Made by a program: the position numbers and the translations under genes. From the NCBI GenBank assembly GCA_963725685.1, contig CAVRYZ010000005.1:1-64000 (forward strand): DNA of 64,000 nt, given 5' to 3'. The notes under the pieces are model-generated. The model ran no database searches, had not been told where the DNA came from, and was given only the letters and a program-made list of their open reading frames with translations. Within the stretch, counting starts at the first letter, position 1. Each line of letters opens with the position of its first letter. Of the stretch, positions 9,249 through 19,732 are shown one piece after another. The stretch is from an uncultured Chloroflexia bacterium (lineage in GTDB: Bacteria; Chloroflexota; Anaerolineae; Anaerolineales; UBA4823).

Positions 9249-10130
9249 TCATTGAAGCGAATTCAACCAGATCTTTACCTGAGTCAGGATTTGTCCTGGA
9301 AGTAGATAAAATCCTGTATTGATCAATAAGTAAGTCCCGGCTACGAATAAAACTAGTACGCCTGCAACAATAATTACTCTATATGATGCCCGAAGAATAT
9401 TCCGAGATCTTTTTTGTACGGCCTCCTGGATACGCAGGTTGCTTATAAACGGATTTGGTGTCAGGGCGGAATCATAATCTTTGGTGACTTGGGCAACATT
9501 CCGCTGAAGCAGGTTCATATCATTATTAGTGATGTTACTTCCAAGACAAATCCTGGCTGGTATTTGACTAAGTGGCTTATGGAATGTTGAACGCGGCTGA
9601 TTTATTGTTGATAGAATATAGTTTTCAACATCATGATCATCGACTTGCCCTACCACCATCGCATCATATGGAGGCGTTGTAAATGGGGTGGTATTTTGTA
9701 ATAACTGTAAGCCGTTGATCCACAGGGTGGGGCCGATTTTCTCTACTTGTTCGTTCATTGGCTTATCAAGTTTGATCGCCAGGCATTCTACCCCTTTGTA
9801 TACGCTTATGTCATCATTACAATCAGGGCAGCAGCCATAATAGACTTTTTGGCCGTACGCCATTTTTTCATATCGTTTTCTAAAACGCAATAGATGATCT
9901 TTACATACAGCTGACCATATGTCACCGCCTGTTTGGGTGCGATTCCGAATACTATGAAAACGTTTCGTGATAATAAGTTTCCATCGCAGTAATAGGCTCT
10001 GATATATAGAAAACATTGCATTTCTAAATACTGAAAAGGGAACTGTAAACATACCAGATAGTTTTAATGCCAATCCACTAGGATATGCTAAAAAAACGCC
10101 ACAAAACAGGATCATTTGCCAGTCTTGCAT
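9249..10130 (-). CDS. Polytopic membrane protein, hypothetical (start uncertain)
   Basis: ORF 9249-10400 overlaps the next gene by ~320 nt in another frame; an internal start near MQDWQMILFCG is more likely. TM-rich, contains CCPDCND motif. Confidence 0.45.
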   Translation of the reverse strand: MQDWQMILFCGVFLAYPSGLALKLSGMFTVPFSVFRNAMFSIYQSLLLRWKLIITKRFHSIRNRTQTGGDIWSAVCKDHLLRFRKRYEKMAYGQKVYYGCCPDCNDDISVYKGVECLAIKLDKPMNEQVEKIGPTLWINGLQLLQNTTPFTTPPYDAMVVGQVDDHDVENYILSTINQPRSTFHKPLSQIPARICLGSNITNNDMNLLQRNVAQVTKDYDSALTPNPFISNLRIQEAVQKRSRNILRASYRVIIVAGVLVLFVAGTYLLINTGFYLLPGQILTQVKIWLNSLQ

Positions 10131-10911
10131 TCCGTATCTCCAGCCAGTAAATAACAGGTTGGCTAAACCTAAACCTCCTAGTAATATGAAGGTTATTTTG
10201 ACAAGCACGCGGTGGAATATTTTTCTTATTATTAATGCAAATATTCCGACTACACCTAACGCGATGAATACCCAATACCAGAAATGTGATAAAACTGGTA
10301 CGAAAAACGCCAGATAATATGACCAATAAGAAGCCGACTCGAATAAATTGAAAAAGAAGAAATGCAATCGGATATAGTGTAATAATAGCCAGTGTGCCAA
10401 CGAACGTGGTCATGGCTAACCACACGATTACCTCAACGTACCGAAGCGGGAATCTAATATATACAGGAGGAGTATCGCGGCCAGACCAGAATTCAATCCC
10501 CCTTAAACGCTCTATGAATTTATTCGAGCTGAATAACAGAACCTCTGCAAAAATGATCACTAACAACATAACCAAAAGGTAGGTGTTATCCGTATAGCGC
10601 TGCGTTGTCACCCAATTTGGGTCAACCCATATGCCAGGTCGTGATATTTTGAGGAATTGAGCTGCTTGATGAATAAAAGCTGTCAGGCTATAAGTTAATG
10701 CAATGATGTAAACGATGAGGAAGATGGCTGTAAAGAACAGGCCGATAATGAACTTCGAGAATATGGTGATCCAACCCGGGCTTAGGCGGTCAATCCGGGC
10801 TAAATACCGAATGATCCGCACCGTATCGAAATCGCGGATCTTGTCGACTGCTTCGATCATGTCGGGAATTGTTTGAGAGATCCGGATATCAGTGGGAATA
10901 TCAGGACTCAT
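10078..10911 (-). CDS. Polytopic membrane protein, hypothetical
   Basis: 277 aa, about 5 TM helices; stop/start overlap with the upstream gene (10908/10911), suggesting translational coupling. Confidence 0.55.
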   Translation of the reverse strand: MSPDIPTDIRISQTIPDMIEAVDKIRDFDTVRIIRYLARIDRLSPGWITIFSKFIIGLFFTAIFLIVYIIALTYSLTAFIHQAAQFLKISRPGIWVDPNWVTTQRYTDNTYLLVMLLVIIFAEVLLFSSNKFIERLRGIEFWSGRDTPPVYIRFPLRYVEVIVWLAMTTFVGTLAIITLYPIAFLLFQFIRVGFLLVILSGVFRTSFITFLVLGIHRVRCSRNICINNKKNIPPRACQNNLHITRRFRFSQPVIYWLEIRNARLANDPVLWRFFSIS

Positions 10912-12566
10912 CTATCATTCTCGTCTTTTTGTTTTCCGGATTGATTTTTTCCTGTAAATACCGATTTTAGTTTTTGATAGACCGATTCGGATTGCTCGAC
11001 ATGTGTATCAAAAAATCGGTGGAGCTGAGGTGCATATCCTTTATAGGATTTAATCCAACGTCTCAGTAATTGCTTATCATTAGGTGAAAAGTCGCTCCAT
11101 AAAACCGCTAATGAATTTACCGGGTAAAGTTTTTCATTGCGGTCTATCTGATCAAGTATGGACTTCAATTCGCCTGATTTTATGTGGCCTGTGGATAACT
11201 CGCACCAGATTTGTAGCCTGCTTGGAAGGAAGGCCTCGCTGGCTGTAACGATATTTGCATCCAGTAAACTAGAAACTTGCGTTTTATATGCATCTACATC
11301 CAGCAGCTCCAAAAACTTTTTCCATGCGGTTGTGTCCCCTTTGTTTAGCTGTAGTAAACTTTCTAAACCAGGGTAATGGCTTTCCTTGGCTAAATTTCCG
11401 AGGATCTTCCGGTCACTTGGAGTGAGAGGATATTTTACGTTCTTAAGAATCAATTGATAAAATAATTCTGCCAGGGACGTTTTGTTTACGCCAGTCACCA
11501 GCCATTGTAAGTAATTTTGTGGATTTGTCTTAATAGTACTCAATATATCGCTGACTAGCTGATTTGACAAACCGCTTATAGAAGTAATTATCTTTTCGCT
11601 GATAGCTTTGGAGTTTATCCGTGCGAAGTCCGCCACGAATGCCGGTTCAATATTTATTAACAGCGAATTACTTATTTGTTTACCCTGGATGACCATATCG
11701 AGCTGTAAGGCCGGATTACGATGGACGTTGAAATTTTCTAATTTGTTCGGGATTGATTGGGTTGCAATCCAATTCTCATAAGGTGTATCCTCGTTCGATA
11801 ATAATTCAGCGTCAACGTGATGGTTGGCTGTATCGATAACAATATACTTATTACCTTGATCTGCTTTCTCATCACCCCATACCCAGAAAGGCCAATCCCT
11901 GCTCCAATCACATCCATTAACAAAAGTATCAAAGGTTAATTTGGACCGTTTCTGCGGTGCGGTTAATAAGAAAATTATGGCCAATGTCTCCAAAATTTGC
12001 TGTGTCGAACCAATAAGCCGGATGCCGCGCTTATTTTTCTGCAGCTGCGTCGCTTGCCAGCCGATACGGGCTAATTTCATCAGCTGATCCTCAGGCCAGA
12101 ATCTTGCAACCTGTAAAGCTCGGTCTTGCCAGACGTCCACGCCTTCAATGATCTTGGAAGGCACATTACCTTTATCCTGGTTCACATTACCAAATGCATC
12201 CTCGACTCGAGAGATAAAATTCTTGTTTTGAATGAACCCTAAAGGGCAATACTCAGTGGAGGCGAATTCCATGGTGGTGATAATCAGGTTGTGGGTCAGG
12301 TAGCGGCCTCTGCGCCCGAATTCATCCGGTTCAGGCAGCGGTACAGTCCGAGAAATCACAACTTTTTCATCCGGCAGAGTATAGTATTGATATTTAATAA
12401 TTTCCTGTTCACCGGCAATATATTGAGACCGGTTCTCTAATATTGTCAAATCAGCTTGCGATATTCCTGATCGACTATAAGATATTGTCTGAAAACCACG
12501 ATGACCCATGGGAGACTGCTCCTTGGGTACATTGCTGAAGATGTGTTGAGAAGCGGTAATCTGCAT
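10908..12566 (-). CDS. Hypothetical protein, 552 aa, no recognisable motif
   Basis: Long uninterrupted ORF in co-oriented operon; shares a start/stop junction with neighbours (12566). Confidence 0.6.
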   Translation of the reverse strand: MQITASQHIFSNVPKEQSPMGHRGFQTISYSRSGISQADLTILENRSQYIAGEQEIIKYQYYTLPDEKVVISRTVPLPEPDEFGRRGRYLTHNLIITTMEFASTEYCPLGFIQNKNFISRVEDAFGNVNQDKGNVPSKIIEGVDVWQDRALQVARFWPEDQLMKLARIGWQATQLQKNKRGIRLIGSTQQILETLAIIFLLTAPQKRSKLTFDTFVNGCDWSRDWPFWVWGDEKADQGNKYIVIDTANHHVDAELLSNEDTPYENWIATQSIPNKLENFNVHRNPALQLDMVIQGKQISNSLLINIEPAFVADFARINSKAISEKIITSISGLSNQLVSDILSTIKTNPQNYLQWLVTGVNKTSLAELFYQLILKNVKYPLTPSDRKILGNLAKESHYPGLESLLQLNKGDTTAWKKFLELLDVDAYKTQVSSLLDANIVTASEAFLPSRLQIWCELSTGHIKSGELKSILDQIDRNEKLYPVNSLAVLWSDFSPNDKQLLRRWIKSYKGYAPQLHRFFDTHVEQSESVYQKLKSVFTGKNQSGKQKDENDR

Positions 12567-13696
12567 TAGTGCTCCCTCCTGATCAATCTAAACCCAAAAT
12601 ATCGCAGACGGACATCGTGACGGATTGGTTTTGTCGGCTCATCGGTGAGTGGGTCGGTAAGCTTGGGGCGGAACGATGGGCGGGTTCTCCCCAAACCGGT
12701 CCACTCGGGCGATCTCAGCCATTCGATAACCCCTTGGTTCATTAAGGACAGGTCAAGCATAGATGTTGGAGAAATCTCCCCGATCAATCCTTCCCAGATT
12801 CTTTCTGCTGAATATGAAAGGCCCTCTTTAACAAGCTCGTGTGGCGGTAATTCTGGTGGTTGGTGATTAAACCATTTATGAATATTGCGCCATTCTTCTA
12901 CTGTGGGCAGGGAATATTCGGGACCTAGCCATTGAGAAAAGGCCTGAATTTCCTCTGGGAAAATCCCAGTGAGAATCAGCTTTTCATAATTAGAATAATC
13001 GCGATTATTGTATGAAAGACGAGGGTTCAATTCAAGCAGGGCTTGATACCAGGAATCGCCGAGATTATTTTGGTTAGAAAGATAAGCTTCAAATTGGGGT
13101 TTGAAGACTGGAAATAAGTGAGCCCAGATTTGAAGGGGTTCGACAAAAACCAGGGGGAAACCAGAGCGATCAATAGACCAGTACTGCACAGAGGAAGACC
13201 AGGTAGAAGTAATCAGTTTGGAGACAGGGATTGGTTTGGAAGTTAGAGTTTGCAACCTGGTTATTGCTGAAGTCAAATCGGAGGCTTCATATTCTGGAAT
13301 GCAACCTTCGATAGGAAGTAGAGACTCAGTTCCAACCCGGATTGCCATCCAGTTCTGAACCCATTTGCTATCCAAATAATCTGCCAAATCGAATACTTTA
13401 CCTGAACCAATGATAAGTCCATTTAGAATACGTTTATGGTTTTGTTGTAACTCAGCAATTATGGGAGCGATTAAGCTAACACCATGCGGCCGGACAGTAT
13501 TGGATTGCTCGTGGTAAGAGTTGAGCGGGACGATTCCGTGAGTGCCGAGTAAATATATATTGTCAATATTCGGTTGTTTAAGTTCATCTAATATATTCCA
13601 GATCACTTGGTTAATCTCATTCCAAACGAGCGAGGCGCTTTCACTGGCATCCGCCACCAGAAGGGTTGAATGAATTTGATCAGATAGATTAATCAT
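12566..13696 (-). CDS. Hypothetical protein, 376 aa, W-rich, no recognisable motif
   Basis: Long ORF, first gene of a run of overlapping or coupled genes 13696->7838. Confidence 0.6.
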   Translation of the reverse strand: MINLSDQIHSTLLVADASESASLVWNEINQVIWNILDELKQPNIDNIYLLGTHGIVPLNSYHEQSNTVRPHGVSLIAPIIAELQQNHKRILNGLIIGSGKVFDLADYLDSKWVQNWMAIRVGTESLLPIEGCIPEYEASDLTSAITRLQTLTSKPIPVSKLITSTWSSSVQYWSIDRSGFPLVFVEPLQIWAHLFPVFKPQFEAYLSNQNNLGDSWYQALLELNPRLSYNNRDYSNYEKLILTGIFPEEIQAFSQWLGPEYSLPTVEEWRNIHKWFNHQPPELPPHELVKEGLSYSAERIWEGLIGEISPTSMLDLSLMNQGVIEWLRSPEWTGLGRTRPSFRPKLTDPLTDEPTKPIRHDVRLRYFGFRLIRREH

Positions 13697-13844
13697 GAAT
13701 TTATTAGCGATTTAGGTGTTTACCTGGGTTCCACAATAAATGCAAAATTTTTTAGGAGGGTGCAACGGTTTGTGGCATTGTGGACACAATTTTTCACTCT
13801 CCATTACGCCTGGTGTACTGTCATTTTCAGTAACAGGCGGTGGT

Positions 13845-14048
13845 TTAGACAGGTGTTTCTTTTGTTTGAACTCGATTGATCTGATCACCACCGCTGACGA
13901 AATTCATATGAGACGCTGAACTATCCATTTGGATCCTGTTGATTTGATCTCCCTTACTTACAGGTCCATAATAGGCATTTTCTATCACTACCGCTGGCGC
14001 TGGTTGGTTAATTGTGTTGCCTCCAGGCCTTGATTGCTCAGTATTCAC
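13845..14048 (-). CDS. Small protein with tandem GDQINR[IV]Q motif
   Basis: 67 aa; motif [SG]GDQINR[IV]Q occurs twice; start overlaps upstream gene stop (14045/14048). Confidence 0.35.
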   Translation of the reverse strand: MNTEQSRPGGNTINQPAPAVVIENAYYGPVSKGDQINRIQMDSSASHMNFVSGGDQINRVQTKETPV

Positions 14049-14581
14049 CGTTGTTTTGGCGAAATCGGAGGTTTTTGTATACCCGGCCAGGGAATCATAT
14101 CTGGGTCGGAGAGACGAACGAACGCGGAACCAAGTGATGTAACTGTTGCCTTATAGGCATTGTCGATTGCTTCACGCAGCACATGACCTTCGATTAGTGA
14201 AGCACATAAATTGACTAAAAAATCGATAGCCCCATTCGTTCCCGGGTCAGATTGAAATGCAATTCCAGCTTGAGCCTGAGGAAACCAGCTTTCCACCTGG
14301 GATTGATCTAACTGTCCCGGAAGAATTAGAATTAGGCTTATCCTTTTTATGCAGCGTTGAATTTGTAATGGATCGATGCAACCGAAATCTTCAGCTGGGA
14401 TCACTAGGATATGATAGTACCCAGCTTGTTGGACATGTCCGCCTAATTCATGGATAGGTACGAGGTTCAAACTAAGTCGACACGTAGTAATTAACTTAGC
14501 CAGCGCCCGGTGTAAACGGGCTCCTTCGTCTCCAGACCAACAAGCTAAAATCCGTAATGGTTGAGAAGGTTGAGTGGACAT
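14045..14581 (-). CDS. Hypothetical protein, possible degenerate receiver-like (CheY-fold) domain
   Basis: 178 aa; LRILACWSGDEG...HILVIPAEDFG...ISLILILPGQ alternating beta-alpha pattern reminiscent of REC domains but without the phospho-acceptor Asp. Speculative. Confidence 0.45.
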   Translation of the reverse strand: MSTQPSQPLRILACWSGDEGARLHRALAKLITTCRLSLNLVPIHELGGHVQQAGYYHILVIPAEDFGCIDPLQIQRCIKRISLILILPGQLDQSQVESWFPQAQAGIAFQSDPGTNGAIDFLVNLCASLIEGHVLREAIDNAYKATVTSLGSAFVRLSDPDMIPWPGIQKPPISPKQR

Positions 14582-14602
14582 ATATCAGTAATTAGGTGTA
14601 GT

Positions 14603-15886
14603 TTATGATTCTGAAGTTTCTGATTTATCGGGAATCGATTTAATTTGCTCCCCATTCATATCTTTTACAACATTTTCGATAACGTTTTCTGCAGTTGCCT
14701 CAGTCAACCCATCACCCTTATGGAGTGCATAATCAACGACCTTCTCTCGAAGATCAAATTGACGGTTATATCTATCGATTTCAATTTCGAGTTTCTTGCG
14801 TTGCTGCTCGTTCAGGAAATTTAAAGCTTCATTTGAATCCATCTTGTTATCCGCCAGGTTCATTGCCAAGAGCTGCCATTGACCCTTTTCGATCATGGGG
14901 GCATAAAATTCTACAGCCAGCTGTTGCTTCTTTTGAGAACGTTCTAGCTGGACCATTGCTACTGCTGCTTTCATTTTCTCCAGAGCAACCTGGTCTTGTA
15001 ATGCCCCCATTTCTGCGGTTTTTTCAAGGGATTCAAGATCGATGGAGACCTGGATCGAGACAATTTCAAGTCCATGATCGCTGTATATTTCTGACTCCAC
15101 CGCATCCTGTAGTGATTGTTCGGCTTTGGCAATATTATCAATCGTATATTTTCGACCTCTCTGCGCAAGGTTACTAGCACACGGCTCCACAACCACTTTT
15201 CAGCTTCCGCCAAGGTTTTCGTGGGGAGGCGGTTATAGTCGGTTACCTTATAGTTGACCGTTACAGAGGCATGAAATTTAGCATCGTCATCCATGGTGGG
15301 TAATATGGATGTATGAAGGGTCTGTTGTGGAACGTTCATCGCTCTGACCAATGCTTTTAAATTATTGCGTTCTTCCTCAATGAACTCAATCTCAACATCC
15401 CTGTATAATAGCTCTAAGCCATACTTAGCCAATACTTCTGGCTCCAGCATATCTTCGATCATAATTTCTAGAGCCTCATATTGATACAGCGAATATTTGC
15501 GTGCCTCCTTTCTCAGCAAAGGTGTTAATGCTGAGACGATGATTGATTCGGTGTCTTTTATATCGTCTTCAACCATTCGACGTGCATCCAGAACCCGGTA
15601 TTTCAATTTTATCGCAAGAGGGAATGACTTCAGGCTCATCTTTTGAAATTAGTTTCACATACCATGTTGTTTCATGTGGGGCATGATCAATAATATACAA
15701 CGACAATCCACCTACCAGGCGATCCTCCAAAGTCAGGTTGTCTCCCGGTTTCAATACCCTGCGAATTCTTCCATGACCGCACAAGATACCCTGTTCATTG
15801 AGTTCTATTTTTATACTTGTAAATCTCGGTAAGTCTTTTTTCTCTTTAATAGGGTTGTGTTTGTTGGTAAACGATTTGTTAATCAT
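14603..15886 (-). pseudogene. SPFH/band-7 (stomatin/flotillin-like) gene split into three ORFs by two frameshifts
   Basis: 15886-15569 encodes an SPFH N-terminal segment (GRIRRVLKPGDNLTLEDRLVGG, cf. Gk..r.l.PG.hf.iP.id). 15639-14971 encodes the middle (KYRVLDA, FHASVTVNYKVTDYN, TLAEAEKWLWSRVLVTLRREVEN). 15196-14603 encodes the C-terminal part (YTIDNIAKAEQSLQDAVESEIYSDHGLEIVSIQVSIDLESL, then coiled coil). Frame switches lie near 15600-15640 and 15150-15196. Confidence 0.6.
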
Positions 15887-16024
15887 CGGACATTCCTCCT
15901 CTAGAAGTTATGACAATATCGCAGCTTCGTTGTAGACAATAATCGATTTCATGCTGTGAGTAAGTGGGTATCTGACCAATTTATTTCAGCCAACAATGTT
16001 TGCGCGCATTTACTTTTTTTATCT

Positions 16025-16738
16025 TCATTTGGGTGTTTTGCCCAGCGTTGAAAATAAATTTTCAACCTGTCTTGCTCGCGGTCGGAGATCACTTTGTTTA
16101 ACATACGCATCAAAGACCATTTTTAAGGATGGCAGCAGATTGTCATCATTATCCACACATAAAAACCAGATATGTATCAATTCTAAGGCTGCCTGACGAT
16201 AGAATTGATTGTTGAGTGCATCGCGGAGAAGCCAGATCAAATTGGCAAGTGCATGTGGGTTGGGGTTTTCTGCATCAAACATCGACAGCAATGCAGGGGG
16301 CTTGAATGAAATTTGCCGTAGCCTATCATCTGTAGGCATTGGGATGCCCATCATTATCAAGAAGAGCGGCAATCCTAAGGAGCTCTTGCTCTTTGGCTCA
16401 CGGTCCAATAGGATCCAATTCTTGAGGGCTTCCAATAGCTGTTCATAAATGCTGTGAAAGCGATCTGGCCATTCAAAAGCGCTGGTGAATAGATATTCAA
16501 TCGCATCGATAAGGCTGATCAACATACCATCACCGTGAATGATCATCGTATCATGATTGATTTTAAGTTCCCCATCAGCGGATTCGACGATTGAGCGCCA
16601 AACTTCCATGGCTTCCTGCGGGTAGCGTAATCCGACCGAAGAATATGCGCGCACTGCTGCCCAGACCAATGCCTCATCTTTGTATTCTGACCAGTAGCGA
16701 AGTAAACCGAGGACATCAGTAGCGTGGCTGTCATCCAA
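16025..16738 (-). CDS. Alpha-helical repeat (HEAT/ARM-like) protein
   Basis: 237 aa, helical repeat character (LANLIWLLRDALNNQFYRQAALELIHIWF); start overlaps stop of the upstream gene by 8 nt. May be the C-terminal module of the upstream NTPase-like protein. Confidence 0.5.
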   Translation of the reverse strand: MDDSHATDVLGLLRYWSEYKDEALVWAAVRAYSSVGLRYPQEAMEVWRSIVESADGELKINHDTMIIHGDGMLISLIDAIEYLFTSAFEWPDRFHSIYEQLLEALKNWILLDREPKSKSSLGLPLFLIMMGIPMPTDDRLRQISFKPPALLSMFDAENPNPHALANLIWLLRDALNNQFYRQAALELIHIWFLCVDNDDNLLPSLKMVFDAYVKQSDLRPRARQVENLFSTLGKTPK

Positions 16739-18389
16739 GATTAGTGTTAATATAGCAGTGCTTAAAGCCCTGCGGAATTTGCGCTAATTTCCGGTCGCCA
16801 TCATACTTAAATGCCCATTTAACCAGGACACGTAAGCGAATACTTTCGAAATCAATTCGAGCCAGAGCTCCTACAGCTGCAGCCGCTCGTTCGCGGATGT
16901 CAGCATCATACCTGACTGCAAGATCGCTCAACCAGTCCAAAAATGTGTCTTGAAATGATCCATACTCCTCCCAAAGGTATTTGATTAACGCGTATTGGTA
17001 ATTTTGATCATTCAAACATATAATCTTAACCTCTGCATTATCGCTGTATTCTGTGGGAATGTTTACGGTTTCTATATGTGCGCGAGACCTTTCCAGCCGA
17101 GGGCTCCTTGGTCGGGAGAAAGGTGATGCAGGGATTGGTGCTTCTATTGGCAATTCTTTGAGTACTTCTTTTCTCGTCTCTTTTATCGTTTCTTTTGTCG
17201 TTTCTTTTATTATTTCTTTTGTTGTTTCAATATCAAACTCGGGAGGGGTCTTAAGCCGAGTTGATAAATTTCTGGCAGCGATGTCAATAGAGTTTACACG
17301 TGCCCCGTTAAGAACTGCCAGAGCAATCCGATAAGCACGCTCATCGAGATCATCTCCACATTCTTCAAACCACTCCTGAACTATTTTTTCCGAGTGGACG
17401 GAATATTTTTGAATGATCTCCTCCAGCGGACACTCACCTTTGAGATACTGCGTTAATAAGATGGAAAGATGGAATATCCTTTCCGGGTCAAGTTTCCCTT
17501 CCATGAGCAATCGAACTTGCTCATTTTCTAAACACTGCCTAATCGATTCTGGATCTGCAAAATCATCACTGCCAGACAACATGTATTCGATATGCTTCTC
17601 GACCAATCGCGAGACAGTTACCTTGGGTAATCGAATTGTATGACACAGATTTGCATTCGCATAATTAGCTAATCGAATATCGCTTGTGACACATACAACT
17701 AGGTAGGCCGTTTGATTGCGCAGTCTTTCTCCAAGGATTTCCCAATCTCGCTCCGCTAATTTCTCTGCCCGACTACCCAGTAAACCGTCAACGAGATACG
17801 CTGTATCTGGTTTTATGTATTCAGGCTTAATGCGATCTAATAAATTAGCATCTTGTGATAATTCCTCAATGCAAGCCTCCGCACCGAGCGTATCCACTGC
17901 CAGTTTGATGCCAGCCGCATGCTTCCCCACATGAATCGGGCCTTGTAGAATGATAATATGCTGGGATATGAATTGTTTATGAGCTGCCTCATATCCAGGT
18001 GGAATTTCATACACATAAACAATCCGATCTATTTCTTCTTGAGTTATTTGATAGGATATGACTTGAGGAGGTCCGAGTGTGGTGCTATATTGAGTTCCGC
18101 CTCCCTGATTGACAACAACTTGGCCAATATGTGCAGTGCCGAAATAGCTTCCGACTGCCTTAAGCATCTCATGCTGCTCAGCTCGGTTCTTACGATTTTC
18201 AGCAGTATCCTTTTGTGTGGATTCAGCCCTACCGAATTGTTTCTCCTCTGCCCCGACTGTTTCTTTAAGATTTTCGTCTTGTCTGGCGGGTTTCTCTAAA
18301 TCCTTTTTATTCTGCCCTTGATTACCCGGAGAATCAGAAGTTTGCCCTGACGTTGACGGTTTTTCTATGCCCAACTGCTCCGTTTCCAT
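16731..18389 (-). CDS. Degenerate P-loop NTPase-like protein with C-terminal repeat region
   Basis: HIIILQGPIHVGKHAAG (Walker-A-like GxxxxGK but H in place of S/T), AYLVDGL (Walker-B-like). C-terminal KETxKE tetrapeptide repeats encoded by 12-nt tandem DNA repeats at ~17150-17225. Low-complexity K/E-rich N-terminus. Confidence 0.55.
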   Translation of the reverse strand: METEQLGIEKPSTSGQTSDSPGNQGQNKKDLEKPARQDENLKETVGAEEKQFGRAESTQKDTAENRKNRAEQHEMLKAVGSYFGTAHIGQVVVNQGGGTQYSTTLGPPQVISYQITQEEIDRIVYVYEIPPGYEAAHKQFISQHIIILQGPIHVGKHAAGIKLAVDTLGAEACIEELSQDANLLDRIKPEYIKPDTAYLVDGLLGSRAEKLAERDWEILGERLRNQTAYLVVCVTSDIRLANYANANLCHTIRLPKVTVSRLVEKHIEYMLSGSDDFADPESIRQCLENEQVRLLMEGKLDPERIFHLSILLTQYLKGECPLEEIIQKYSVHSEKIVQEWFEECGDDLDERAYRIALAVLNGARVNSIDIAARNLSTRLKTPPEFDIETTKEIIKETTKETIKETRKEVLKELPIEAPIPASPFSRPRSPRLERSRAHIETVNIPTEYSDNAEVKIICLNDQNYQYALIKYLWEEYGSFQDTFLDWLSDLAVRYDADIRERAAAAVGALARIDFESIRLRVLVKWAFKYDGDRKLAQIPQGFKHCYINTNLG

Positions 18390-18420
18390 TTGACTCCCTG
18401 TAAACAGACATTGAAGAAAT

Positions 18421-19228
18421 TTATGTTTTATCGAGCACCCAAAGGAGCGGATCTACTACCCGCCTTGGCTGCATAATTTCACTTAATTTATGGTTTTCTG
18501 GGGGACTTCCGAGGGCAGAGGTTGCACAGAACGAGATACTTTTGAATTGTGCTCTAGCCAAGTTCATAAAGTTATCTGCGTGTAAATCGTTGATGGTAAA
18601 ACTAGCCAGGTCATTAGATATTTGTAACATACCCGCCATATAACGTTTTAGATCATTTATCTCTGCGGGACGGCTTTGTTGTAAATATTCCACTACCCCA
18701 GGATGCCGACCCAAGAAACGTTCTCCTAATAACCAATCTGCTTTTGTATATACAACGACCAAGTGCTGGTTTCGCAATTTAGCCTTCAGACGGTTCATCC
18801 CGAGTGTATAAACTTCCAATAAACGATGCATCTCAACTGACAGAGGCTGCATCCAAATCCACTAAACTTATTGAAAAAGAGCATCGTTTTTGCACGGGTG
18901 ACAAAGCTAGCAAATTCTTCCATCGCCAAATCTTCCTCGAATGCTTCTCCTGGAGGATCATATATAATGAATTGCCGATCTTTATATTTGGGCATTCGAG
19001 CTAAGAGATGCAGGCTGGGGCGAGGAAAATTACGGCGAGCGTTGAGATTCTGGTAGGTCGCCTTGTTCCAATAATTTCAAATTGTTCTTGACATTGTCGA
19101 TCGTGGCTTGGTCAAGCGCTTGGCGATAAAAACCATGTCCAGACCCGGGTTAGATAATTCTCCAGCTCGTGTAACATCGCTGCCAGGTATACCGTCTTAC
19201 CATGTCCACTAAAACCAACAGCACTCAT
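18421..19228 (-). pseudogene. TRAFAC-class small GTPase disrupted by in-frame stops and frameshifts
   Basis: G1 on minus strand at ~19215-19175: MSAVGFSGHGKTVYLAAMLHEL. G3 IIYDPPGE in ORF 18795-18995. G4 VVVYTKADWL and G5-like CATSALGS in ORF 18421-18852. Translation of 19228-18860 meets TGA/TAA stops in every frame between the motifs. Confidence 0.6.
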
Positions 19229-19732
19229 TACAACAGGAGGCTGGTGTTTATGTAAAGCTTAGCGCATAGGATCGGGGAAGTGGCTCATTGCAAGATTTGC
19301 AATTTGTATTCGAGGGCGTGTTAGAAAGACAGTACGGACATAGTATCATAGACCCCTGTATCCCTTTTCTATCATTTTATTGGAATGGTGTCGGAATATA
19401 TCGGTTTAATTATTTCACGAAACCATAGTATTGTAAAGTATCCATCACTTACAACTAAGTTCGTATTTTTTAAGTCTTCTGTGCATACATATTTTGTCAT
19501 CGTTAGAACCATAAAAAGAACGTAATAAATCTGAGGCACGTAACGATCATATGTTCAAGTCTACCAGCCAAGATAATCCAGACAATTTGTGAGAATTCAA
19601 CGAAAATACTCCTTTGGTCCATCCAACTTTAGCCGTTCCCAAGCAGCGGTATACATGGCTCGCGGATCATACTTTACCCGAGGGTCAAGGCTGCTGAGAA
19701 GCGCTAGGCGGGTATCTGGGTGCTGGCACGGG

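Noticed and set aside
17150-17225. Possible CRISPR or minisatellite at the 12-nt tandem repeats
   Set aside because: The repeats are in-frame within a long ORF, encode KETxKE peptide repeats, and have no spacer structure. This is not a CRISPR array; none was found anywhere in the window.
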